Shown in pieces: positions 17,740-26,051 of a stretch of 36,074 nucleotides of DNA. Positions within the stretch are counted from its first letter, which is position 1. Each line of letters starts with the position of its first letter. Position numbers and translations under genes: made by a program. Source of the stretch: an uncultured bacterium (lineage in GTDB: Bacteria; Abyssobacteria; SURF-5); assembly GCA_964607485.1 (NCBI GenBank), contig CAZSKP010000014.1, forward strand, positions 1-36,074, given 5' to 3'. The notes under the pieces were generated by a model. The model worked only from the letters and a program-made list of their open reading frames with translations. It ran no database searches and was not told the DNA's origin.

Positions 17740-18933
17740 ATGGACCTCGACAGCTATCTTTCGCAGTGCAGCGTGGCGATCGTGAAGCACACCTACAGGC
17801 CCACAGGCGGCGCCGAGCAGGAACTGCTGCGCTATCTGCTGCCGCGGGCAAAGGCCGTCGCGTACGTGAGCCACCCATTTCCCGACGCGCGCGGAGTGCC
17901 GCTGAACACCGCCGTCTCGTTCTTCGAGCGTGGCGAACGAAAGGAAAACTTCCTCGCGCCGCTCGTGAAGGGGCCGACGTCGCTCTTTTTCGCCAAGGAC
18001 GTCTTTCTCACGCTCTGGTACCTGCTCAGGCGAAAGGGCGCGTTTCAGATTTACATTGGCGTGGACAATCTGAACGCATACTCCGGCCTCCTGCTCAGGC
18101 GGCTGGGCGCAGCGGAGCGCGTGATTTTCTATGTCATCGATTATGCTCCCCACAGGTTTCGCCGCCGCGCGGGCCAGTGGCTCTATCGCGCGCTCGACAG
18201 ACGCTGCTGCTACGGCTCCGATGCGGTGTGGAACGTCTCGGCCTCGATGGAAGAAGCGCGCAGAAGCGACGGCGTCAAACCCGACAGATGCGCGCCCCAG
18301 ATAGAAGTGCCGCTTGGCAGCAGGTATTCCGAGATTCCGAGGCTGCCGTTCGAGAAGATAGACCCAAACCTGATCGTTTTCCTGGGAAGCCTCACGGCTG
18401 AGCAGGGATTGAGCATGATCATAGAGGCGATGCCCGCACTCATGCGTACGTCGCCCCACGTGCGGCTTCGGATAATCGGAGATGGGCCGGAAGCCTCCTC
18501 GCTCAAGCGTCTCGCGGCCGACAGGAACGTTTCGGACCGAGTCGAGTTCATGGGATTCATCGAGGACGATTCCAGAGCCGCCGAGCTCGTGGCCGAGGGC
18601 GCAGTCGGCATAGCGCCGTACGCGCGAACCGGGGATACTTACAAGCGTTTCGCCGACCCCGGCAAGGTGAAGATATACCTCGCGGCGGGCCTGCCCGTCG
18701 TCGTCTCGCGAGTGCCGCGCGTGGCGAAGCTCATCGAGGAATGCGAGGCGGGCGTTGCGGTCGAGCCCGACGCCGACAGCCTGGCCGAAGCGCTGGCCGC
18801 CCTGCTGTCGTCGCCCGAGCGGCTTCGAGCGCTGCGCGCGAACGCGTCGGAGCTGGGCAGGAAATACGACTGGGACGCCATCTTCGACCGCGCCTTCGAA
18901 CAGACATTCGAGCACTGGAGAAATCAACGATAG
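17740..18933 (+). CDS. GT4 (GT-B) glycosyltransferase
   Basis: VFLGSL, IIGDGP, VEFMGF, PGKVKIYLAAGLPVV, YDW. Confidence 0.88.
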   Translation: MDLDSYLSQCSVAIVKHTYRPTGGAEQELLRYLLPRAKAVAYVSHPFPDARGVPLNTAVSFFERGERKENFLAPLVKGPTSLFFAKDVFLTLWYLLRRKGAFQIYIGVDNLNAYSGLLLRRLGAAERVIFYVIDYAPHRFRRRAGQWLYRALDRRCCYGSDAVWNVSASMEEARRSDGVKPDRCAPQIEVPLGSRYSEIPRLPFEKIDPNLIVFLGSLTAEQGLSMIIEAMPALMRTSPHVRLRIIGDGPEASSLKRLAADRNVSDRVEFMGFIEDDSRAAELVAEGAVGIAPYARTGDTYKRFADPGKVKIYLAAGLPVVVSRVPRVAKLIEECEAGVAVEPDADSLAEALAALLSSPERLRALRANASELGRKYDWDAIFDRAFEQTFEHWRNQR

Positions 18934-21323
18934 TGACGCAGAATGCGGAAACATCCGGGGCCCCGGCGCGACAGAAGACTGTCGCGGTTCCTCCTTATCT
19001 TCTCACCGCCGGGTGTGTCCTGCTCTTTGCCGCGGTGAGCGCGTACGTTTTCCGGGGCGCATGGAATCCGCTGAACACAATCGAGGGAGCCGACGCGTCG
19101 CTGTGGCTTCCGAAGTTCGTGCAGGAATGGACGAAGTGGTTGTTCGTTCCCCGCTGGTATCCCCATTTCCTCGCGGGCATTGCGCAGCAGTTCGCGTTCC
19201 TCTCTCACGGTCTACCGTTGATGTTAACGCTTCCGCCGCACAGGTTCCACGGGTTCGAGTTCATGCTCGACACCTTCCTGGCGGGCGCGTTCATGTTCGC
19301 GTTCCTTCGCGACCAGCGCATCGGCCGTTTCGGCTCGCTCGTCGGGGGGCTGTCCTTTCAACTGGGCAACGGTCTGCTGACGGGCGCACGACAGGGCGTC
19401 CTATGGAAGTTCGACACCGCGTGCTGGGTTCCCCTGTTCCTGCTTTTCTTCACCCGAATTCTCGACGACAAACCGGGACGCGTGAGAAACTGCGTGTTTG
19501 CCGGGGCGGCCCTCGGACTCCAGTTTCTCGGCGGCGAGATTCAGCTTGCCTACTACGTGTGTCTGCTCGCGCTTGCGTACTTTGCCGTTGATTCGGCGGG
19601 CGCTCTCTGGAGCGCGAGGCGAGCCGAGCCCCTTTCCGGACCGCTGAAGGCCGTGGGGAAACGGTCGCTCTGGGCGGCGCTGGCGGCGGTGGTCGGCATC
19701 GTCTTTGCCTCGGAGGTGTTCTGCAGCTACATTTCCTACGCGAGACAGAACGAGAACGTCGGGGTTCAGAGCGATGCAGAAAATTGGCGGTTCGCGACCG
19801 AGTTCTCGTTCCCGCCCGAGGAGACGGTCTCGCTCGCGCTGACCGGCCGCATTTTCGGCGACAACCTTCATTCGGAGAGATATATGGGGCGGCAGCTCAC
19901 CCGCATCACTGACGACTATATCGGAATCGTTGTAATACTGTTCGCTTTTATCTCGCTTCTTTCGGGCAAGAGGCGGACGTATTTTTTTGCCTGCGCGGCG
20001 GTCGTGGCCCTGATAATTTCTTTCGGGCGTTATTTCCCCCCGCCCTATCGGCTGATCTACGCGCTCCCCGCGATGAAGGGACTCCGCAATCCGCACAAAT
20101 GGCTGTTCATCACCGCCCTGTGCGTTCCCATCCTCGCCGGAATGGGAGCGGACTACTGGAAGAATGCGCCGCCGTCCCGGAACCGGAGAATCGTCGCCGC
20201 CATAATCCTTTTCTTCGCCCTCATGTTCGGGCTCGCGTACCTGACGCCCGCCATTGTAGGGGACGCGTCGGGCGGAGTGCACCTGCCGTCGGCCGTGCGT
20301 CGTCCGATGGTCGCGCTCATCCTCGCGGCTCTGATATGCATCGTCGGAAGAACGGCCAAGGCGAAGGCATCGAGCGTTGCCCGCGTCGCCTTGCCGGCGT
20401 TTGTCATCATCCTGCTGGCGGGCGACCTCATCATGAATGCTTCCAAATTTATTTTGTACTATAATTATCGTGACAAGTACGTGAAGGATGAGGTGGCGGA
20501 ATGGCTTCGCGAAAAGGCCGGGCCGTTTCGCGTGAAGCTGTGGTCGGAAAGTCCCTACCTGAGGTCCGTCATGACGGAGGTTCTGCCGTTCTATGGAATG
20601 GACGTGGTGGACGCCATCATGTCGAGGCGTCCGCCCAGGTATTCGGACGCGTTTCAAGCTGCGCGGGAGGGTCGCCTGCCATACGAAAAGCTCTTTCAGC
20701 TCTTCAACGTGAAATACATCCTGTCGGCGGCAGCGATGCAGGGAGCGGACGTGTCGGTGAGACCGGTCGCCACGTTCGGATCGAACTCCGACGCGGCGAC
20801 ACCGCGTGATTGCTACATATATGCACTGAACGATTTCCTACCGCGCGTGTACGTGGTCGGCAAGTTCGCGGTGTCCGAGCCGGACGGAGTCATCGATCCC
20901 ATCGGCAGGCCGGACTTCGACTTGCGCCGCGTTGTCATGCTGGAGAAACCGCCGGCGGTGGCTATCGATGCCGAGGCGGAGGAACCGACATGGAGCGTGG
21001 AGGATTTTTCGCGGTCTCCGCATCGAGTCAGCGCACGCGTCACGGTGGACAGGCAGGCCATTCTGGTGCTGCAAGATTTCTACGATGGGGATTGGCACGC
21101 GTACGTGGACCAGCAAGAAGTCGAGATGCTGCGCGCCAACTATCTGATGCGGGCCATTGTCGTGCCGGAGGGCACGCACAGTGTCCTGTTCAAATACAAG
21201 CCCGCCGTGTGGGGATACGCCCTGACGCTGGCGGGGTGGGTCTGTCTGGCGGCGCTCGTTCTGGTGGAAGGCGCGCGAGTCGCCCTGAGGCGCGGACGCA
21301 GGAGGGATGTGGAAACCGGATGA
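18933..21323 (+). CDS. YfhO-like GT-C membrane glycosyltransferase
   Basis: Multi-TM N-terminus (WYPHFLAG, GLQFLGGEIQLAYY, YIG, LRNPHKW) and YfhO-type C-terminus (LPRVY, DFYDGDWHAYVD, RANYLMRAIVVPEGTHSVLFKY); GTG overlaps the upstream TAG. Confidence 0.85.
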   Translation: MTQNAETSGAPARQKTVAVPPYLLTAGCVLLFAAVSAYVFRGAWNPLNTIEGADASLWLPKFVQEWTKWLFVPRWYPHFLAGIAQQFAFLSHGLPLMLTLPPHRFHGFEFMLDTFLAGAFMFAFLRDQRIGRFGSLVGGLSFQLGNGLLTGARQGVLWKFDTACWVPLFLLFFTRILDDKPGRVRNCVFAGAALGLQFLGGEIQLAYYVCLLALAYFAVDSAGALWSARRAEPLSGPLKAVGKRSLWAALAAVVGIVFASEVFCSYISYARQNENVGVQSDAENWRFATEFSFPPEETVSLALTGRIFGDNLHSERYMGRQLTRITDDYIGIVVILFAFISLLSGKRRTYFFACAAVVALIISFGRYFPPPYRLIYALPAMKGLRNPHKWLFITALCVPILAGMGADYWKNAPPSRNRRIVAAIILFFALMFGLAYLTPAIVGDASGGVHLPSAVRRPMVALILAALICIVGRTAKAKASSVARVALPAFVIILLAGDLIMNASKFILYYNYRDKYVKDEVAEWLREKAGPFRVKLWSESPYLRSVMTEVLPFYGMDVVDAIMSRRPPRYSDAFQAAREGRLPYEKLFQLFNVKYILSAAAMQGADVSVRPVATFGSNSDAATPRDCYIYALNDFLPRVYVVGKFAVSEPDGVIDPIGRPDFDLRRVVMLEKPPAVAIDAEAEEPTWSVEDFSRSPHRVSARVTVDRQAILVLQDFYDGDWHAYVDQQEVEMLRANYLMRAIVVPEGTHSVLFKYKPAVWGYALTLAGWVCLAALVLVEGARVALRRGRRRDVETG

Positions 21324-21901
21324 AACTCAACATGGGCTGTGGAAACAAGAGGCGTGCCGGCTTCGTGAACGTCGATATCGTTCCGTACGAGGCGGTTGAC
21401 CTCATCGCCGACCTGAACCGTGCCCCGCTTCCTTTCAAGGATGACGCCTTCGAGGAGGTCGTCTGCGACCACATCCTGGCGCATCTGAACAGCTTCCACA
21501 GGGCGATCATGGAGATCGTTCGGATAACGAAAGACGGCGGCACGCTGCGGGTGTATGCCAGCTACTTCCCCTCTACGAAATGGTTCGGCGACCCGGACCA
21601 CAAGATCCCGTTCGGCTGGCGGACGTTCGACGGCTACACGAAGATCGTAGGCAAGCCCAAATTCTACGAAAAGTGGAAGCTTGAGCACGCGACCAACTAT
21701 GGCGGCGGCTTTCCGTTCGTCATGGAAAAAAGATGGTTTGTGTTCGCGAACTTCAAAGTCATCAAATGGATCGGATACATCATCAACCTTTTCCCCGCCG
21801 TTTACGACGCCTTCTTCTGCCACTGGCTGCCCGCCACCGAGGTGTGCTTCGTCCTGAGGGTCGATAAAGGGCGCCTCGACGTTGGGCCGGTGGAACGCTG
21901 A
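21320..21901 (+). CDS. Class I SAM-dependent methyltransferase
   Basis: MKLNMGCG motif I, GFVNVDI, DLNRAPLPFKDDAFEEV, DPDH; ATGA overlap with the upstream gene. The longer ORF from 20810 is an extension through the YfhO gene. Confidence 0.85.
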   Translation: MKLNMGCGNKRRAGFVNVDIVPYEAVDLIADLNRAPLPFKDDAFEEVVCDHILAHLNSFHRAIMEIVRITKDGGTLRVYASYFPSTKWFGDPDHKIPFGWRTFDGYTKIVGKPKFYEKWKLEHATNYGGGFPFVMEKRWFVFANFKVIKWIGYIINLFPAVYDAFFCHWLPATEVCFVLRVDKGRLDVGPVER

Positions 21902-21948
21902 TATGATATAATGAGGCGGCCGCGTCCACGGTAACCGAAAAAGGGGCT

Positions 21949-23082
21949 ATGGGTTACAAAATTCTGGCAATCAACTGGAGGGACATCAAGAACCCGAACA
22001 CTGGCGGGGCCGAGGTGAACTTCCAGGAGATTTTCAAGCGGCTCGTCAAGCGGGGCCACGAGGTTTCCCTGCTGTGCAGCCGCCACGACCATTCGTTTCC
22101 CGAAGAAGAGTGGATAGACGGCATTCGCGTTCTCAGGCGGGGAAATCGCCACACGTTCAACTACTCGGTGCCGCTGGTGTACAGGCGAGAGTTTGGGCGC
22201 GCGCCCATAGACATCGTGCTGGACGATCTCAACAAGATTCCCTTCTACACTCCTCTGTACGTTCGTCGGCCGCTGTTTGTGATGGTGCACCACCTTCACG
22301 GGACGTCCATTTACGGCGACACCTTCCTGCCTGCGGCGCTGTATGTGCACCTGACGGAGAAGATGATCCCCCTTTTCTACAAGGGAGTTCCGTTCATCGC
22401 GGTGAGCGAGAGCACGAAGTCGGAGCTCGTGCAGATGGGGCTCAGGTCGGAGGATATCGAGATAATACACAACGGCGTGGACCACGACGCCTATACCCCC
22501 GACGCCTCAATGCGTTCGTCCACGCCGCTGGTTGTGTGTGTGACGCGGCTGAAACGGTACAAGGGCGTGCATATTCTTTTGCGCGCGTTGGAGGCTGTGA
22601 AGAGAGAGATTCCGAGCGTCCGGCTGATAGTCACCGGCCGGGGGGATTATGCGCCCAAGCTGCACGAGCTCACGCGGCGGCTGCATCTCAACGGATGCGT
22701 GGAATTTACGGGCTTCATCACAACGGAGCAGAAGGTTGACCTTTACAGGAGGGCGCAGGTCGTCGTGAATCCCTCGGCAAAGGAGGGGTGGGGTCTGACC
22801 GTCATAGAGGCCAATGCGTGCGGGACGCCGGTAGTGGCCGCGGAGGTGCCCGGCCTGAGGGAATCCGTCATCCACGGTGAGACGGGATTGCTCTACCCGC
22901 ACTCCGACGTTGACGCTTTGGCGAGAGCCATCCTGTGGCTGCTCAAGGATAAGGAACTGAGAGAGAAACTGGGTGCGAGAAGCATGGATTGGGCGAGGGT
23001 GTTCACGTGGCAGAAGGCAACGGAAAAGGTAGAAGCCGTCATGGAAGGCGTATTAAGAGATCCGGCCGCACGACGCAACTAA
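21949..23082 (+). CDS. GT4 glycosyltransferase
   Basis: NWRDIKNPNTGGAE, AVSEST, HNGVD, RLKRYKG, EGWGLTVIEANACGTP, FTW. Confidence 0.92.
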   Translation: MGYKILAINWRDIKNPNTGGAEVNFQEIFKRLVKRGHEVSLLCSRHDHSFPEEEWIDGIRVLRRGNRHTFNYSVPLVYRREFGRAPIDIVLDDLNKIPFYTPLYVRRPLFVMVHHLHGTSIYGDTFLPAALYVHLTEKMIPLFYKGVPFIAVSESTKSELVQMGLRSEDIEIIHNGVDHDAYTPDASMRSSTPLVVCVTRLKRYKGVHILLRALEAVKREIPSVRLIVTGRGDYAPKLHELTRRLHLNGCVEFTGFITTEQKVDLYRRAQVVVNPSAKEGWGLTVIEANACGTPVVAAEVPGLRESVIHGETGLLYPHSDVDALARAILWLLKDKELREKLGARSMDWARVFTWQKATEKVEAVMEGVLRDPAARRN

Positions 23083-23114
23083 AAGAGGAGAGACAGAATC
23101 CCAGAGGAAATTCC

Positions 23115-23831
23115 GTGAAAGCTATCGTGGTGATACCCACTTTCAATGAACGCGAGAACCTGGAGCAATTGATTCCTGCCATATTCGCAGTCGGCGACGG
23201 GATAGATGTTCTCGTGGTGGATGACAATTCCTCCGACGGCACGGGAACTGTCGCTGACCAGTTCGCCCTCGAGACCGGCAAGGTGCACGTGTTGCACCGG
23301 CCGATGAGGATGGGCCTCGGCTCGGCGTACATAGACGGCTTCAAATATGCGCTGAAGAACACAGACGCGGAGTACATCTTCGAGATGGACGCGGACTTTT
23401 CGCACGACCCCAAGTTTATTCCGGATTTCCTCGAAGCCATCCATGATGCCGACCTGGTCGTCGGGTCGCGCTACATAAAGGGCATAAGTATCGTCAATTG
23501 GCCTCTGAACAGGCTCATCATAAGCAAGATAGGGAACTGGTACGCCCGAACGATCACGCGGCTTCCGCTGACCGACCTGACAGCCGGCTTCAAGTGTTTC
23601 CGCCGGGAGCTGCTCGAACAGCTCGACCTCGACGGCATCCACTCCAACGGCTATTCTTTCCAGATCGAGCTGTCCTACATGGTGTGGAAGAAAGGATTCC
23701 GCATAAAGGAGATTTCCGTCATCTTCGTTGACCGGACCATCGGAGAATCGAAGATTACGTATGGAATAGTGTGGGAGGCGATCTGGCGCGTGTGGGTTCT
23801 GAAGTTCAGGCACCTGTTTGGCAGAAAATGA
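23115..23831 (+). CDS. Polyprenol monophosphomannose synthase (DPM1/Ppm1-like GT2)
   Basis: VIPTFNERENL, VDDNSSDGTG, GLGSAY, EMDADFSHDP, GSRYIKG, DLTAGFKCFR, GYSFQIE, FVDRTIGESK; GTG start with GAGG. Confidence 0.92.
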   Translation: MKAIVVIPTFNERENLEQLIPAIFAVGDGIDVLVVDDNSSDGTGTVADQFALETGKVHVLHRPMRMGLGSAYIDGFKYALKNTDAEYIFEMDADFSHDPKFIPDFLEAIHDADLVVGSRYIKGISIVNWPLNRLIISKIGNWYARTITRLPLTDLTAGFKCFRRELLEQLDLDGIHSNGYSFQIELSYMVWKKGFRIKEISVIFVDRTIGESKITYGIVWEAIWRVWVLKFRHLFGRK

Positions 23832-24904
23832 GCGCCTTCCGCGATTATTTCAAATTCATTCGGAGAGACAGGCTCTTCCAGGTCATATACCACGTTACTC
23901 GAAGGTGCAACGCCCGGTGTCTCTCCTGCTTCAGTTGGCAGCGCACCTCAGTCGATGTTCCCGAGCTCAGCATCGAGGAGCTTCAAAAAATTACGTCGTC
24001 GATGCCCGCGTTTCCGTGGCTGCTCCTTTCGGGAGGAGAACCTTTTCTGCGCGAGGACTTGCCCGAGGTGGTCTCGGTCTTCTATCGAAACAACGGGGTG
24101 CGTCATGTGACCCTTCCCACGAACGCCATTTTGAGCGACCGAATACCTTCGATGACGGAACAGATATGCTCCTCGGCGAGGGAGGCGACGCTCAACCTCG
24201 TCCTTTCGATCGATGGCGTCGGGCCGGAACACGACCGTCTTCGGGGATGTCCGGGAAACTTCGAGGCGTTATTGAAGACGTGGGAGCGGGTGAAGCCGCT
24301 GAGGGACAGCGCGCCAAACCTCTCCGTCAAGTTTCATACCGTGTTGAGCAATCTGAACTACACCCACTTCGACGAGATACGGGATTTCGTCGAAAAGCTC
24401 CAGCCGGACCTGCACACGTTCGACTTCCTCCGTGGCACTCCGGCCGACGACTCGCTCACGCTCCCGCCGGAGGAGACGCTTCCGGAACTCGCGAGCAAGA
24501 TCAAGGCCGTCATGCGCCGTTACGGAGGCTACGAGCGCCTCCGAAAACATCACTCGCTGCTGAAGACGGTGTACGAGGCCGTCATCGAGGACTATTACGA
24601 CCAGTTTCTGCGAATCCGCCGCGAGAACAGGCAGACGATACCCTGCGTGGCCGACCGGATGACGATGGTGCTGGGATCGTCGGGCGAGGTCTCGCTGTGC
24701 GAGATGCTCACTCCCTTCGCGTCGTTCAGGGATTTCGATTACGATTATGATTCGCTCTGGAGCGGGGAGATGTCGAGAAGAGCGCGCGAGGACGTGGCCG
24801 CCGGCAGGTGTTACTGCTATCATCCCTGCTATCAGACGATCAACGTGCTGTTTCGTCCGATGAGCGTTGTGCGCGCGCTGGTCAAGCGAACGGCGGGCAG
24901 GTAG
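23828..24904 (+). CDS. Radical SAM protein with SPASM/twitch-like C-terminal Cys cluster
   Basis: CNARCLSC, SGGEPFLR, PTN, SIDG, C-terminal PCVA...LCEM...CYCYHPC; ATGA overlap. Confidence 0.9.
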   Translation: MSAFRDYFKFIRRDRLFQVIYHVTRRCNARCLSCFSWQRTSVDVPELSIEELQKITSSMPAFPWLLLSGGEPFLREDLPEVVSVFYRNNGVRHVTLPTNAILSDRIPSMTEQICSSAREATLNLVLSIDGVGPEHDRLRGCPGNFEALLKTWERVKPLRDSAPNLSVKFHTVLSNLNYTHFDEIRDFVEKLQPDLHTFDFLRGTPADDSLTLPPEETLPELASKIKAVMRRYGGYERLRKHHSLLKTVYEAVIEDYYDQFLRIRRENRQTIPCVADRMTMVLGSSGEVSLCEMLTPFASFRDFDYDYDSLWSGEMSRRAREDVAAGRCYCYHPCYQTINVLFRPMSVVRALVKRTAGR

Positions 24905-24925
24905 CCCGGCCGGGAATTTCCCAAC

Positions 24926-26002
24926 ATGGCAATCGCAACCGTCGTTTTCTTCCTGGTTCTCGGATACCTGGCGTTTCTGATGGCGGCCTATGAAGTGTTG
25001 CTGAAGTATCTTACCCGCAACAGGCCGATAGCCCGTCTCGACCAAACGCCTCCGGTGACGGTAGTGGTCCCCGCGTTCAACGAGGAGAGAAACATCGGGC
25101 GGAAGGTCGAGGACCTCCTGGCGCTCGATTATCCGTCCGACAAGCTTGAGATACTGGTGGTCGATAATTCCTCGACGGACAGGACCCGCGAAATCGCTTC
25201 GTCGTATCCGGTCACGGTCCTCGATTCCGCCCGGGGAAAGATAAACGCGATCAACGAAGGCGCTCGAAAGGCGACATTCGAGATACTACTCGTGACCGAC
25301 GCCGACACGCTGATCAGGCCGGACGCGGTGAGATCGCTCGTCACGTGCTTTGCCGACGATAGCATCGGAGCGGTCGGGGGGACGGCGGTGGTCGAAGATA
25401 CCCGCTCATTTTTCGGACGAAGCAAGATGAAATATCACGATGCCGACTGGCGGCTGCGCACGCTCGAGGGGAGGCTCGACAGCGTGATAAGCCTCGACGG
25501 CAAGCTGATGGCGTTCCGAAAGAGTGTGCTGCCCGAAATTCCCCCCGATGCAGTCGTTGACGACCTGGAAATCAACTTTGGGCTCCGCTCGCGGGGATAC
25601 CGCTCAGTGATAGACGACAATGCGGTCGTCTATGAGACCGGCCCTCAGAGCTTCGGGGCCGAGATGAGGCAGATACGCCGGAGGGTGGCTCTCACCATCC
25701 CTGTCCTCTTCAAGTACATTCACATGCTCCTGAATCCCCGCTATGGCTGGTTCGGGATGCTGATTTTCCCCGTGCGGCGCATGCTGGCGGTTTTTTCGCC
25801 GCTGATGTTCGCCTACCTGATCGGCTGCTTGTTCTGGTGGAGTTGGAAGGCGGCGCTCGCGCTGAGTGTCGGGGGGCTTGTCCTCGTCGCGGCGACGGGT
25901 CAGTACTTCCCCATCATCCAGCAGGTGGGCATCGTGCTCGGATGGCTGGATGTGCTGACGGCCCGCGTCAGAGCGTCGGCCCAGTGGGAGAAGGTCAATT
26001 GA
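24926..26002 (+). CDS. GT2 glycosyltransferase, CESA/PgaC-like, membrane bound
   Basis: N-terminal TM, VVVPAFNEE, GKINAIN, TDAD, VDD, QIRRR, C-terminal TMs. Confidence 0.88.
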   Translation: MAIATVVFFLVLGYLAFLMAAYEVLLKYLTRNRPIARLDQTPPVTVVVPAFNEERNIGRKVEDLLALDYPSDKLEILVVDNSSTDRTREIASSYPVTVLDSARGKINAINEGARKATFEILLVTDADTLIRPDAVRSLVTCFADDSIGAVGGTAVVEDTRSFFGRSKMKYHDADWRLRTLEGRLDSVISLDGKLMAFRKSVLPEIPPDAVVDDLEINFGLRSRGYRSVIDDNAVVYETGPQSFGAEMRQIRRRVALTIPVLFKYIHMLLNPRYGWFGMLIFPVRRMLAVFSPLMFAYLIGCLFWWSWKAALALSVGGLVLVAATGQYFPIIQQVGIVLGWLDVLTARVRASAQWEKVN

Positions 26003-26051
26003 GCTTCGTCTCGGATGAAACCCTTGCCGAAGCCTTTCTGAAGAGAATGCG

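Noticed and set aside
23828-24904. Radical SAM as maturase of the 41-aa peptide
   Set aside because: 21 kb away, no RRE-sized domain, and translationally coupled to glycosyltransferase genes.
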